Of a stretch of DNA of 61,292 nucleotides, positions 9,133 through 21,400 are shown in pieces. Made by a program: the position numbers and the translations under genes. Positions within the stretch are counted from its first letter, which is position 1, and each line of letters starts with the position of its first letter. The stretch comes from an uncultured virus (IMG/VR IMGVR_UViG_3300023109_000009). Its lineage: Duplodnaviria > Heunggongvirae > Uroviricota > Caudoviricetes. The stretch lies in the IMG/VR virus record IMGVR_UViG_3300023109_000009. One strand, given 5' to 3'. Below the pieces are notes generated by a model. It saw nothing but the letters and a program-made list of their open reading frames with translations. It was not told the DNA's origin and ran no database searches.

Positions 9133-12100
9133 ATGTCGACATTAATTAGGCTTCGTCGAAGCGCTGTCCCTGGCCGAGCACCGACCACGGCACAGCTCGA
9201 ATTGGGTGAAATTGCACTCAATACAGCTGACGGCAAGATTTATATTAAACAGTATGATTCTGTCGCCAACACAGAAAGCATTGTAGAATTCAGTGCAGAC
9301 CCAAATGATCTTTTAGCCTTAATTAAGACAGTCGATGGTGCAAATTCCGGTCTCGATGCAGATCTTTTCGATGGTTTAGATTCAACACAATTTTTAAGAT
9401 CAGACCAAGACGATACCATGAATGGAAGTCTGGTGGTTACTGGTGATCTTACAGTATCAGGAAACACAACATATGTCAATACAGAGACTATTAATCTTTC
9501 TGATAACATTATCACTCTTAATGCTAATCATACAGGCAGTCCGACTCAAAACGCTGGTATCGAAGTTGAAAGGGGATCATCAAATACAGTAACACTTCAG
9601 TGGAATGAGGCTGGTGATTATTGGGAAATTGCGTCTGGTGGTGTCACTGGTAGAATTCTAACCACGGGTGATGAAGGTGCTGGTAACGGCATTGATTCTG
9701 ATACACTTGATGGTCAAGAGGGTACCTATTACCTAGATTATAATAACTTTACTAATGTACCTCCCGCTACTCTTGATTTAACACTGGCCGGAAAAGTAAC
9801 AGGTAACGCGTTCTCTAACACTGGTGTGATGACGCTCACTACAGAGCTAGCCAATACTGGAGTCATACCAGGCACATACGGAACACCTTCTCAGATTCCA
9901 GTTATCACGATAGACGAAGATGGTCGAATCACAGTGGCTGGCAATACTGCAGTAGCTGGTGTTGATGATACTACATGGTACCAAGCAAATAATACCTATC
10001 AGATTGTAACTGGAGATGGTTCGTTCTTCAATACTGTCATTTCCGATTTTGGTTTAAATGTAGATTTTGGTGCGGGTATTGATGTCACTGGTGATATTAC
10101 AGTAACGGGTGATGTCGATGGCAGAGACGTTTCAGTCGATGGTGCTAAACTCGATCTGATCGAAGATGGTGCAACCGCTGATCAAACAGCAGCAGAAATT
10201 TTAACTGAAATTAAAACAGTTGATGGTGCTAATTCTGGTCTTGATGCCGATCTTTTAGATGGTCAGGAAGGCACATATTATCTTGACTTTACAAACACAA
10301 CAAATAAACCAGACCCAACATTATCTTTGGCTGGTGATGTTACTGGATCTGCTACATTTACAGATTTGGGAAATGCCACACTTACTGCTGATATAGCCAA
10401 TACAGGTGTAGTACCCGGCTCATACGGTACCGCATCTCAGATACCAATCGTTACAGTGGGACTTGATGGTAGAATTACATCAATGTCTAATACTGCTGTC
10501 GCGGGAGTTGACGATGTTACATGGTATAGTGCCAACAGTACATTATCAATTCAAACTGGTGATGGATCGGTCTTCAAAAACGCAATAGATGAATTCGACG
10601 AGATTACAGTCAATGGTAATGTGATCGTCACTGGTCTTGTTGATGGTCGAGATATTGCCCTTGATGGTGCAAAACTAGATACGTTAGAAGATGGGCTTGA
10701 GCTCACACTGACAGGCAAAGTAACTGGTACTGCAACTTCTAATACTGGTGTAATGACCATTGCAACTGAACTTGCAAATACTGGTGTTACGGCAGGTGTG
10801 TATGGTACCGCGATAAGAGTACCAATCCTTACGGTTGATGAAGATGGACGAATTACCGCAGCAACCGACGTACCATCACCCTCAGGCACTACTGTATCTG
10901 ATGTAGATTGGGTGGTCGCAAATAATACACTTCAAATTACACTTACATCTGGTGTATTATATAATACACTTATTGAAGATTTCACTGCACTTGATGCAGA
11001 TACTCTTGATGGGTTGCATGCTGCTGACATTACAGCTATCGCTGCAAACAATGTTGGTAATGGGACAATCTCAATTGAGGCTAACACCGGTCTGACTGGA
11101 AGTGGTACATTTACACTTAATCAATATACCGATCTTTCAATTGATATTGAACACGCTGATACTTCTTCGGTCGCTGACACTAGTAATGCCGATGGTAATG
11201 TTCTTAGTAATATCACGTTCGACACATTCGGTCATGTACAAACAATTAGCTCGTTAGATCTTGATACTAGATTCTATACGGAAAATGAATTAGATAATGG
11301 TCAGTTAGACAACAGATATTATACTGAAACAGAATTAAATTCCGGCACATTGGACTTTAGATATTATACCGAAGTCGAATTAAATGCTGGTGCTCTTGAT
11401 GGTAGATATTACACCGAATCAGAATTAAATCTCGGCCAATTAGATAGTAGATATTATACCGAAACTGAATTAAATAATGGTCAGTTAGATACTCGATACT
11501 ATACTGAAACAGAATCGGAAGCCTTATTCGTAAATGTTTCCGGCGATACAATGACCGGAGATTTAACGGTCAGTGCAAACGTTGATATCACCGGAACTCT
11601 TACTGCTGGTGTGATCGATAGAGATCCTAATATCACAGTTGTATTGAATGGTGATATTGCCGGAAGTGGAAATACCACTCTCACGAATCTTGGCGATGGA
11701 ACTCTTAATATTACAACAACTGTTCAGCCGGATTCTGTAGAATTAGGTACTGATACCACAGGTGATTATGTAGAATCTGTTGCCAATACTGTTGGTATTG
11801 TCATCACTGGCACTACTGGAGAAGCGGGTGTACCAATTATCGGTCACGCGGATACGTCCAGTGTCATTGATGTATCGACATCTGGCAAGGATGTTATTTC
11901 AAGTATTGATTTCGATACCTTTGGCCATGTTACTGCTCACACGACGAGAACACTTGATTATATCACCGAGGCAGAAGCCGATATAAGGTATGTGAATGTC
12001 ACTGGTGATACAATGACCGGTGATTTGGTTGTAAATGCAAACATCGATCAGTCTCATGCAAGACACGCAACAGCATCGTATACGACAATCAGTACAAGTA

Positions 12101-12372
12101 CCGTGGGTATTTTCACATTCAATGCTTCAGATTACAATAGTGCTGAGGTAGTAATCACTGCCACTCAGGGAATAAATAGACATATTACCAAGTTATTAGT
12201 TGTTCATAATGGTACCACTGCCTCGGCCACAGAATTCGGTTCGATTGCTACTGGATTTGACCTAGCATTATATGACGTGACCATGGGTAGTGGAAATCTT
12301 ACAATACAGACAACACCCGCTAGTGCTTCATCAACTACATTTAAAATAGTGGCTACGCTGATAGAAGATTAA
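9133..12372 (+). CDS. Tail fibre-like protein
   Basis: N-terminal RLRRS...GEIALNTADGK; DADxLDG and GxYGxxxxIPxxTVDEDGRIT repeats; RYYTETE repeats. Confidence 0.75.
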   Translation: MSTLIRLRRSAVPGRAPTTAQLELGEIALNTADGKIYIKQYDSVANTESIVEFSADPNDLLALIKTVDGANSGLDADLFDGLDSTQFLRSDQDDTMNGSLVVTGDLTVSGNTTYVNTETINLSDNIITLNANHTGSPTQNAGIEVERGSSNTVTLQWNEAGDYWEIASGGVTGRILTTGDEGAGNGIDSDTLDGQEGTYYLDYNNFTNVPPATLDLTLAGKVTGNAFSNTGVMTLTTELANTGVIPGTYGTPSQIPVITIDEDGRITVAGNTAVAGVDDTTWYQANNTYQIVTGDGSFFNTVISDFGLNVDFGAGIDVTGDITVTGDVDGRDVSVDGAKLDLIEDGATADQTAAEILTEIKTVDGANSGLDADLLDGQEGTYYLDFTNTTNKPDPTLSLAGDVTGSATFTDLGNATLTADIANTGVVPGSYGTASQIPIVTVGLDGRITSMSNTAVAGVDDVTWYSANSTLSIQTGDGSVFKNAIDEFDEITVNGNVIVTGLVDGRDIALDGAKLDTLEDGLELTLTGKVTGTATSNTGVMTIATELANTGVTAGVYGTAIRVPILTVDEDGRITAATDVPSPSGTTVSDVDWVVANNTLQITLTSGVLYNTLIEDFTALDADTLDGLHAADITAIAANNVGNGTISIEANTGLTGSGTFTLNQYTDLSIDIEHADTSSVADTSNADGNVLSNITFDTFGHVQTISSLDLDTRFYTENELDNGQLDNRYYTETELNSGTLDFRYYTEVELNAGALDGRYYTESELNLGQLDSRYYTETELNNGQLDTRYYTETESEALFVNVSGDTMTGDLTVSANVDITGTLTAGVIDRDPNITVVLNGDIAGSGNTTLTNLGDGTLNITTTVQPDSVELGTDTTGDYVESVANTVGIVITGTTGEAGVPIIGHADTSSVIDVSTSGKDVISSIDFDTFGHVTAHTTRTLDYITEAEADIRYVNVTGDTMTGDLVVNANIDQSHARHATASYTTISTSTVGIFTFNASDYNSAEVVITATQGINRHITKLLVVHNGTTASATEFGSIATGFDLALYDVTMGSGNLTIQTTPASASSTTFKIVATLIED
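11263..11514 (+). repeat. In-frame 45-bp (15-aa) tandem repeat, about 6 units, DxRYYTExELNxGxL
   Basis: DTRFYTENELDNGQL/DNRYYTETELNSGTL/DFRYYTEVELNAGAL/DGRYYTESELNLGQL/DSRYYTETELNNGQL/DTRYYTETE. Confidence 0.9.
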
Positions 12373-12422
12373 AATAAATAAATTAAGAAAATTTAAAGGC
12401 CGATCTGGGGAGAGTGAACCGA

Positions 12423-15400
12423 ATGGCAAATGATAAGAAGTTTATAGCCAAAAATGGCCTATTGACTCCACAACGAGCGATCATTGGATCGACTACCGAT
12501 AATAATACGGATGCATTACAGGTAACAGGATCGAGTGATCTTTCTGGTACCCTTAATGTAGAGCAAGGCTCACCCGGATCCCCTTCAATTAATGTTGTTA
12601 ATAATGGTGTAGGTGGTTTAGTACCGGCTGCCGTTGTTGCACAATTTGTTGGTGATTCAGATTCGCTTCAGATTGTTAACACCTCAGGTGGTGGATATCA
12701 ATTAAACAATTCTGGCCAGAATAACAATATTATTTTTTATAATAATAACTCCGGTATTGCCGTCCAATACGGCGGGGCTGACCGACTTGTTATTAGCTCA
12801 ACAGGAAACGATCTTAAAGGTCTTTCTACATCTACAATTGATGGCAATCGAATCATTACGGTTCTTGACCAGGCAAGCCAGGGTGGATCATTCGACTCTG
12901 CAACACTAGATGGCCTCGACTCGCTCCAATTTGTACGGGCAGATGAATCGGATACAATGGATGGTAGCTATATCATCACCGGTGACCTAACCGTTAGTGG
13001 TAATACTACATTTATTAATACAGAACAATTACTTGTTGCTGATAATATATTCACTCTTAATTCAGATTTTACCACAGGTTCGCCTACAGAAAATGCTGGA
13101 ATGGAAATTCGCAGAGGCGATTCTGCAAATTCAGCTTTCATATGGGACGAATCGAACGATTGGTTTAAATTAGTCTCAGACGGAAGTGATCTTGGTCGAA
13201 TTATTACCACAGCCGATGAAGGTCCAGGTAATGGATTTGATGCAGATACTGTTGATGGATTACATGGCTGGCAATTCTTAAGATCGGACGTAGATGATAC
13301 AGCAAATGGTAGTATCACGGTCCTAGGTACTTTGACTGTTGGTGATGATAATGGCCCTGCATTTCTTATATTCAATGGCTCGGGCCAAGATAGAACAATA
13401 TATCACAGTAATGGTGACATTGGTTTCTTAAATGCGACTAGTGGCTGGGCTCTTAAATCGAATTCCTCGGGAGATCTTGAGGTAGAGAGAGATGTTGAAT
13501 CTGGTCGTGATGTAACAGCAGACCGAGATATAATTGCACAAGATGATATTACGGCTACAACAGGTAACATTACTGCTACTGCTGGGTCTGTCTCTGCTGC
13601 TACTACGGTCACCGCTGGTACTGATGTCATCGGTCAAAGATTCGTAGATGCAGATGATAACACCTTTTTGGTTAATCCTGCAGACACTTCCCGAGTTGAT
13701 ACAATTGATATTACTGGTCAAATTCGACACGACGGTGACACTAATACCTATCTTGAATTCCCGGCTGAAGACACATTTAGAATATTTACGGGTGGAACTC
13801 AGCGTGTAAATATCGACAATGACAGTGCTGATTTCGCTCAAGATGTTTATGCTCCCAATCTTTTTGTTAACGATGCGATTATTCACAATGGTGATGTTGA
13901 TACTAAGATTGTATTTGCTACCGATGATATTAGTTTACAAACCGGTGGTGCAGAAAGATTAGGTATCGACAATGCTGGTGTTGATGTTACTGGTGATATT
14001 GATGTCTCGGGTACAGCAACTGCAAATATTGTAATCGGCACGACGGAGATGCGCTCTCCGATTTATTACGATCAGGATAACGATTCATATTTCGGCAACT
14101 TTGCCGGCACGTCGGTAATGAATGATATTGGCCTTGATGATTATATTGTTCACAATGGTGATACCAATACTTACATGGGGTTCCCCGGCGCTGATCAAAT
14201 TACATTTGTTACCGGTGGTACTCAAAGACTTTATGTAACAGATAGTCAGGTTGAAGCTTCGGTCGACATTTATGCTCCGAAATTTGTTGACTTGGATGAC
14301 CCAACATACTATGCTGATCCCAATAGTACCTCTATCATGTCAACGATTAATATCAATGACTGGTTACAACATATTGGTAACGAAGATACACGCATAGGAT
14401 TCCCTGCGTCTGATACGATTAATATTCAGACCGATGGCTTTACAAGATTCGTTGCCAATAATTCTCAGGTAACTATCACTACCGATCTTAAGGTTGATGG
14501 TGATATTATTGGTGGTGGTGATGGTAACTTTGCTGGAGATGTATACGCATCTCAATTCATAGATTCAGACGATAATAATTATTACGCAGATCCTAATGCC
14601 ACTTCTGTAATGAAGACAATTGGCATTGATGATTATATCATCCATAATGGTGACGCAGATACAAAGATAGGTTTCTTGCAAAATGATACCTTGCAAATGG
14701 ATGCGGGTGGTACTACAGTCTTTCTTGCTCAATCTACAGCAGCAGAATTTTATGTAGATGTCTATGGTGAAGATGCATATTTCAGAACATTCTACGATAA
14801 TGACGATTCCGCATATTATCTAAACCCTGCTGATACGACACTTGCATTAAATGTCGCCGGTCGAGCTCGTGTAGCAAATGGGACTGCAGCCACTCCAGCG
14901 TTCTCATTTATTAATGATACTAATACGGGTATGTATCGTTCGGCCGCTGATCAGTTAAGCTTATCTGCTGGTGGTAACCAAGAATTAATTATCCACACAA
15001 CATTTGTTGAGGCTCCAGGTTCAGTTAGATCACCTATTTTCTACGATATACCTAATACGGCATATTACGGTGACTTTGCTGCTACTTCTCAAATGTCACA
15101 GATTGATATTGATTCATATATTCGTCATCGTGGTGATACAAATACCTACATGGGCTTTGATGCCAATGATTCGTGGGGTGTGTGGACTAATGGTGTTCGA
15201 AGACTTACCTCTAACGCAACCGCATTTACATCTGGTCTCGAAGTTCGAGCTCCGAAATTTGTTGATTCGGATGACAACAATTATTATGTAGATCCTGCTG
15301 CTACAGACACGTCTGCCACATTTGGTGGTAAGGTCTTAATCGGTGGAATTACTGATCCTGCAAGATGGGATGACAACTCAGGTAACGGTGGCATCTCGTT

Positions 15401-18400
15401 GATGAACCACGGTTCATATGCTGCAGGACAAAACACTACCATCGCGATGGCAGGTAATTACGCTGGTGGATACTCATTAATGTATCTCAATAGGATTGAT
15501 CCTAACCCGAATCCATTTAATGGCGGTAACAGATACATTCATTTTTATGCTGATGGAAGCCAAGGTACAAATCTAAGTGGTGACAGCTCTGGTAATCTAT
15601 ATTGGTTAATGCTAGCCAATACATCACAGTCGTACTGGACACAGGCTGGTGGTGTAATCTTTACAATTAATGATAGCGGTGCCGTTGTCGTTGGTGGTTC
15701 TTCGGCTGTATATTCAGATGGTGGTGATAATACAGCACTCACCACAACACCAAGTAATCCTAAGCTTCATGTCAACGGATCAATTTATTTAAATGGTAAC
15801 AACGACGGTATTATATTTGGTCGTGGTACGGCATCCTTCCTTAAAGATGAAGAACTTGCCTTTGGTTGGGGATCTGGTTGGTACATGCAAGATGCATCAT
15901 ATCTGCGTGTTCGAAATAACATAGATGTTTACTCTAGTGGAAATTCATATTTCGGCAGATATTACGATACCAACTCACCAACTCATTGGATCGAGCCAGG
16001 TGGCGGTGGTAGACTGCTCGGTAACTTTGAATTTGCCGCGGCTACAACAAGCACAAGTTATTCAACTGCTTCAATCGAATTAAGAGAAAGTAATTACACA
16101 GGAAATAATACAGCGACTCCTCCTCAAATCGGATTCCATTGGGGTGGTGTTGTTGCATCGAATATTGCTATTGAATCAAGTGGTCGGATTGTAGTACGAA
16201 ATAATCCCGGCAATGACTATGAGAAATTTGGTGCTTCGGAAATCCATGGCCGCAAATTCCTTGACATAGACAATAATAACTACTATTTCGAACCAGCTGT
16301 CAGTGCTGCATGGAGATTACAAACTCCTACCGGTTACTTAGATATTGGTTCGATGAATTCAAGTTATACGCATTTTCAGACCGACAGGCCTGACTTTTAT
16401 TTCAACAAGCCTGTCGCCTTTGATGGTAATATTAGAGGTTACGGTGGTAATGAGACTGCATCATTTGCTCGATACTATGATAGCAATGATCCTACTTTCT
16501 GGGCTGACCCACACGCTGAATCGATATTCAATACGTTAAGGCTTTACCAAAAGGCTGCTCCGATAAACGATTGGGTTGCTCTTAATATAGACAATGGTGA
16601 TGGCACAGGTGATATTGACCAGCCAGAATCTTGGATTGCATGGAATTTCAGAGATGGTAATGCAAACTATACCCCTCAGGTTCGTATTGGTGGAAGAGCA
16701 GGATACAATACTGGTTCTGCTGACGACTTAGATAAAGAAGGTTCCGGTAGCTTTATTGTACAAACATCCATAGGCACTGGCGGTGCTGGTGCCGGAACAA
16801 TACGAGATACTTTCTCGGTAGATTACTTAGGTAATTCTACTTCTTTGACTTCGTCTCGTGCTCCAATATTCTATGATTGGACTAATACAAACTGGTATGT
16901 AAACCCAGACGGCGACTCGAGAATGAACACTATTACCCTTGATGGTAACGCTGTTCAACTGAGAGAGCCCACTGGCGACTTTGGTTCATTCATGGTCGAC
17001 GGTGGTGGACGTAGTGGATGGGAAGGATTCTCAATCGGTGGTCGTGTTGTCTTTATGCACAACAATTCAACGGCTTCTGGTATTTACGACGATGTTAATA
17101 ACCAATGGATGGCAAGATTTAATCTTGGTACTAGTGTCGAACTTTCCTATAGTGGTACTACAGAAGCAGAAACAGCAAGTGGTTATTTTCTTGCTAATAA
17201 TGAAATCCGTGCTCCAATCTTTAGAGATGTAACATCACCTACTACATGGTTCGTAGATCCGTCAGGTACTTCTCGTGTTAATACGCTGAGAACAAATAGA
17301 ATTTATCCTGCCTACGATAATAGCACAAGTGTTTATATTGATTACCCAAATGGAGATTACGGCTCGATTGCTGTACAGGGTAGTGGTAAAAATGGTTGGC
17401 AAGGTTATTCTATTGCTGACAGATATGTATTCATGTCAAGCAGTGCAAACGAGTCCGGCATCTACAATGACATCGATAACCAATGGATGACAATTTGGCG
17501 TCGTAGTGGATCTACTGAGCTTTACTTTAACGGCGGGGTACAGGCTGAAACAGAAAATGGTTATTTCCTCGCTAATAACCAAATGCGTGCTCCAATTTAT
17601 TATCCACCCAGCACCACAACTTGGTTCTTAGATCTCGATGCTGGTAACACAAGCAATGGCTTAAGAATACCTGCCATAATTCGCCGTGATAATTTCCAGA
17701 CTTCAGGTGATGGTAATAATAACGTATTACTCGACACACAAGATTATACTCATTGGATTTGGAGAACGGCCAGTAACTGGGGTATCATGTGGGCTGGCAA
17801 TGACAACCCGTATCGCTCATACTTTAGTTCATCAAACCCAAATGAACTTGTATTCATAGGTAGTGGAGTCCTAAGAGCTTCTATTGACCTTGATGATGGT
17901 AAAGCACACTTTACTGGTAGACTTACTGCTCCAGATATTGCGATTGCTACCAGTACAGCTGGATCAATTTCACTCAACCCTGCATATGGTTCTGGTGGTG
18001 CAGATCTTGTTCTATTCGACTTTACACAATACTCAATAGCAGAGATTACTACACCACTTAAAGGAAATGAAGCTAATAATATTCAGGCTGCAGAATATGT
18101 CGAAGTTTCAAATGCACCATTTGCTGGTAAGGCAATTCGAACTTCTGGGTATAGAGTATTTTATTCCGATTATATGCCTGTTGTACCAGGTGAAGACTTA
18201 TACGGTGAAATTTCTCATAGAGTAATTTCAGGCTCAGGTGGTAGATTATACTACGGTATTGAAAGATTCGACAAAGATAGACGACCAATTGCTGGTAATA
18301 CAGGTACTACATATTTCGTAGTTGGTGGTAATATCTTTACTAACACCGGTTGGCAGACACAACGAAATCACACGACAATCCCAACATCCCACACACCTTA

Positions 18401-21400
18401 TAGTGGCTCAGACGGTGGTGGTTGTTATTATGTAAGAATTCGAATCTTAATGAACTATAGTACCGGTGGGGCATTAAGAGAATTCGGTGGCATCATGCTC
18501 AAGAGGCGTAATGTTGAATCGAACTTACTTGTCGATAACATTGTTGCTAATGATATTCTTGCAGATGATATTACTGCTAACAACGTCGATGCATATCGAT
18601 TCAGAGATCGTGATAGTACTGGTTATTACATCGAACCAGCCAATACCTCGGAATCAATAAGAACAAGGGCAAGACATCTTAATGGACCAAACCTTACTTG
18701 GGGCTCTTATCTTCAGGTTGGTGGTAATGGTAGAGAGTACGTTAATAATGCCAACGTTGCTTCTGTAGTCACCACAAATGGTAATCTACACTTGGATGCT
18801 GCCTCTGGCAGGGGGATGTATCTCAATTACTATGATGGTTCTAGTATCTACTTTGGTACTGGTGGAAACGCCTCGCACTCTCTCTGGGAGAGTAATGGTG
18901 ACCTTTATATTGGTGGAGGCGGTGCGGCAGCGCAGGGTGGATTTAAACTTGATGTAAATGGAAGTACACAGGTACGGGGTGATCTTTACGCCAATATCTT
19001 CCGTGATAGATCTGACCCGAACAATCGCTACGTCGATCCGGCAAGTACTTCTCAGATTGCAAATCTTAATGTTAATTTAATTAAGTCTTTCCCAAGTCCA
19101 GATTACGGTCAACTTTACTTTGAGAATGGTAATCAGACATACCCATCCGGAAGAAGTCAGGTTGTGTCACTGGGTCTTGGTATTTACTCTGGTTATAGTA
19201 CTGGCGGAGGCAGACCATTCACTTATGATGTCACGGCCTCATTCAACGCGGGTGGCAAAGGCTTTGAAATTGCTGCTGATTGGATTAATACAAACAGAAC
19301 ACCTTTACTCGTAAGATCGTTAAGAGATTGCTGTCAGAACTGGACACCTTGGACACAAATCGCTACATCAGGCGTGCAATTTAATACCGACGCTGGCATC
19401 GTGGCTCCATGGTTCGCAGATAATGCTAACGATTTCTATAGAACGGATCCAGCAAGTACCTCGCAAATTGTTAACATGAATATGCGTGGCACATTGAATA
19501 TGGAATTCGGTGCTCAAATTCATCTGCGCGCTCCAGGCACAAATAATCTTCGTGGGTATATTCAGGTACGAGATACGGATGACGGCCACATGAGAATTGC
19601 TACATCCGGCAATGAAGATATTCGCTTCATGGATGGCGGCCTTGACGGTCAGTGGAACATGATCATCCGTGGTGATGGCAACGTTCTTGTTAATAACTAC
19701 ATTGACGCTGTAAGTTTTAGAGATCGTAATGATCCCAATTATTATGGTGATTTCGCCTCGACTTCATTGATGAACCAGGTTGATGTTAATCGATTAAGAA
19801 CGCGAAACTCAACCGGTTACTTCTGGGATGGTGATGCCGACCTCGCCATGTATGTTTATGGTGAGATTGCAAACTCTAATTATGCGGCTGGTAATTTGCA
19901 GCCAGGTGCTTTAAACATTGGTCGTACTGATCGTAACTATAACTGGGATGGAACATCTTGGTCTGGTTCAATTAACGCTGGTATGATGGCCAACTGTCTG
20001 GATGACTGGGAATGGGTGCTACACGATTCGGGTAGATCTGTTGAATCTGTGATTCAATATACCAATACCAATGGATTCCGAATGGGTCGGAGTATTGGCT
20101 GGGGTACAACGAGAGTTGTACACGACGGTGGTACTGCATCCACGATCTACACAGATTGGACGAATACAGGCTTCTATTTAAATCCTGCAGAGAATCAAAC
20201 TTCAGAGATTAATGGATTCTCTGAAAGAACCATGGCCATGATAAACCAGCCTGGTCATACCCGCAACAATGGCGAGTATTATCGTGCAAGACCTCGTATC
20301 ACAGGTGATACCAACTATTGGACAGGTGCCATGGGTTGGGGTCGACAGGATATGAACGTCGTTGCTACTTGGGGTTCAGGCTTTATTGATTCTTGGAGTA
20401 ATCCAGCTAATCAGCCTTCAGGTACATCTCACTGGGTTGGTACTCAGGCATTCCATTACAGAAGTAGCAATACTACCGGTTATGGTTGGCAGATGGTTGG
20501 TGGTCCTATTGAAGGATTGAGATTCCGTTCTTCTTGGCCCAGCTGGAGATCGTGGAGAAATGTTGTAATAGGTGGTGTCAACGATGGCTCTGCTGCCGGT
20601 GAGATTTTTGCACCTAAATTCACTAATACAGTAAATACCGGCTACTTTGGTAACTTTGACGAAACGTCAAGAATGAGTACCATCGACATCGACGAAGGTT
20701 ATAACTACGGTTGGTGGAGAAATAGAACCTCAGGTCGAGGTTTATACTCTCAAGCGCATGGCATACACTTCTATAGCCCAGGCGGTGCTTACTGGCACAT
20801 GAATTCAAGTAATGGTCTTATTATATATGATCGCTACAATAGCTCACAAGGTAATGCTACGGGTAGAAGAGGCTATCTCTATTTTGATGGTTCAGGCTTC
20901 GGTCTATTACATAGTGGTGGCGGATGGGCAGTGCGAGCTATATCTGGTACTACAGAAATTTATGGTAATGCCTATGCTGGAACATTGCGTGCAAATATCA
21001 TTTATGATCGCGATAGCGGTGACGGCTGGTTCTGGAATGGTGGCGGTACTTCTAGGTCTAATGTAACAATAACCAATACTTCTTATTTCGGTACTAATAC
21101 GAATAGAGGTTATGGTGAGAATTATGGTACCTACAGTTCGGCACTTCGCAGAATATCATATATTTCGATGAATAACGGAAGCAGTGCTTGGAATAGCTAT
21201 AACTATCACGGTATTGCATCAAGCGACGTAAATAATAACTTCTCCGATAGTATATCAATCAACTCTTACAATGATATTACACTGCGGCTTGATTCGAATA
21301 GCAATAATACAAACAGCTATCTCCGAATCATGGATAATACTGTCGGTAATGCTACCAACGTAGCCTACCTTGGTAGAGAAAATGGAAACGCAGTTGCATA

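Noticed and set aside
11263..11514. Possible CRISPR-like array
   Set aside because: Units are degenerate, in frame and lack unique spacers; this is a protein repeat
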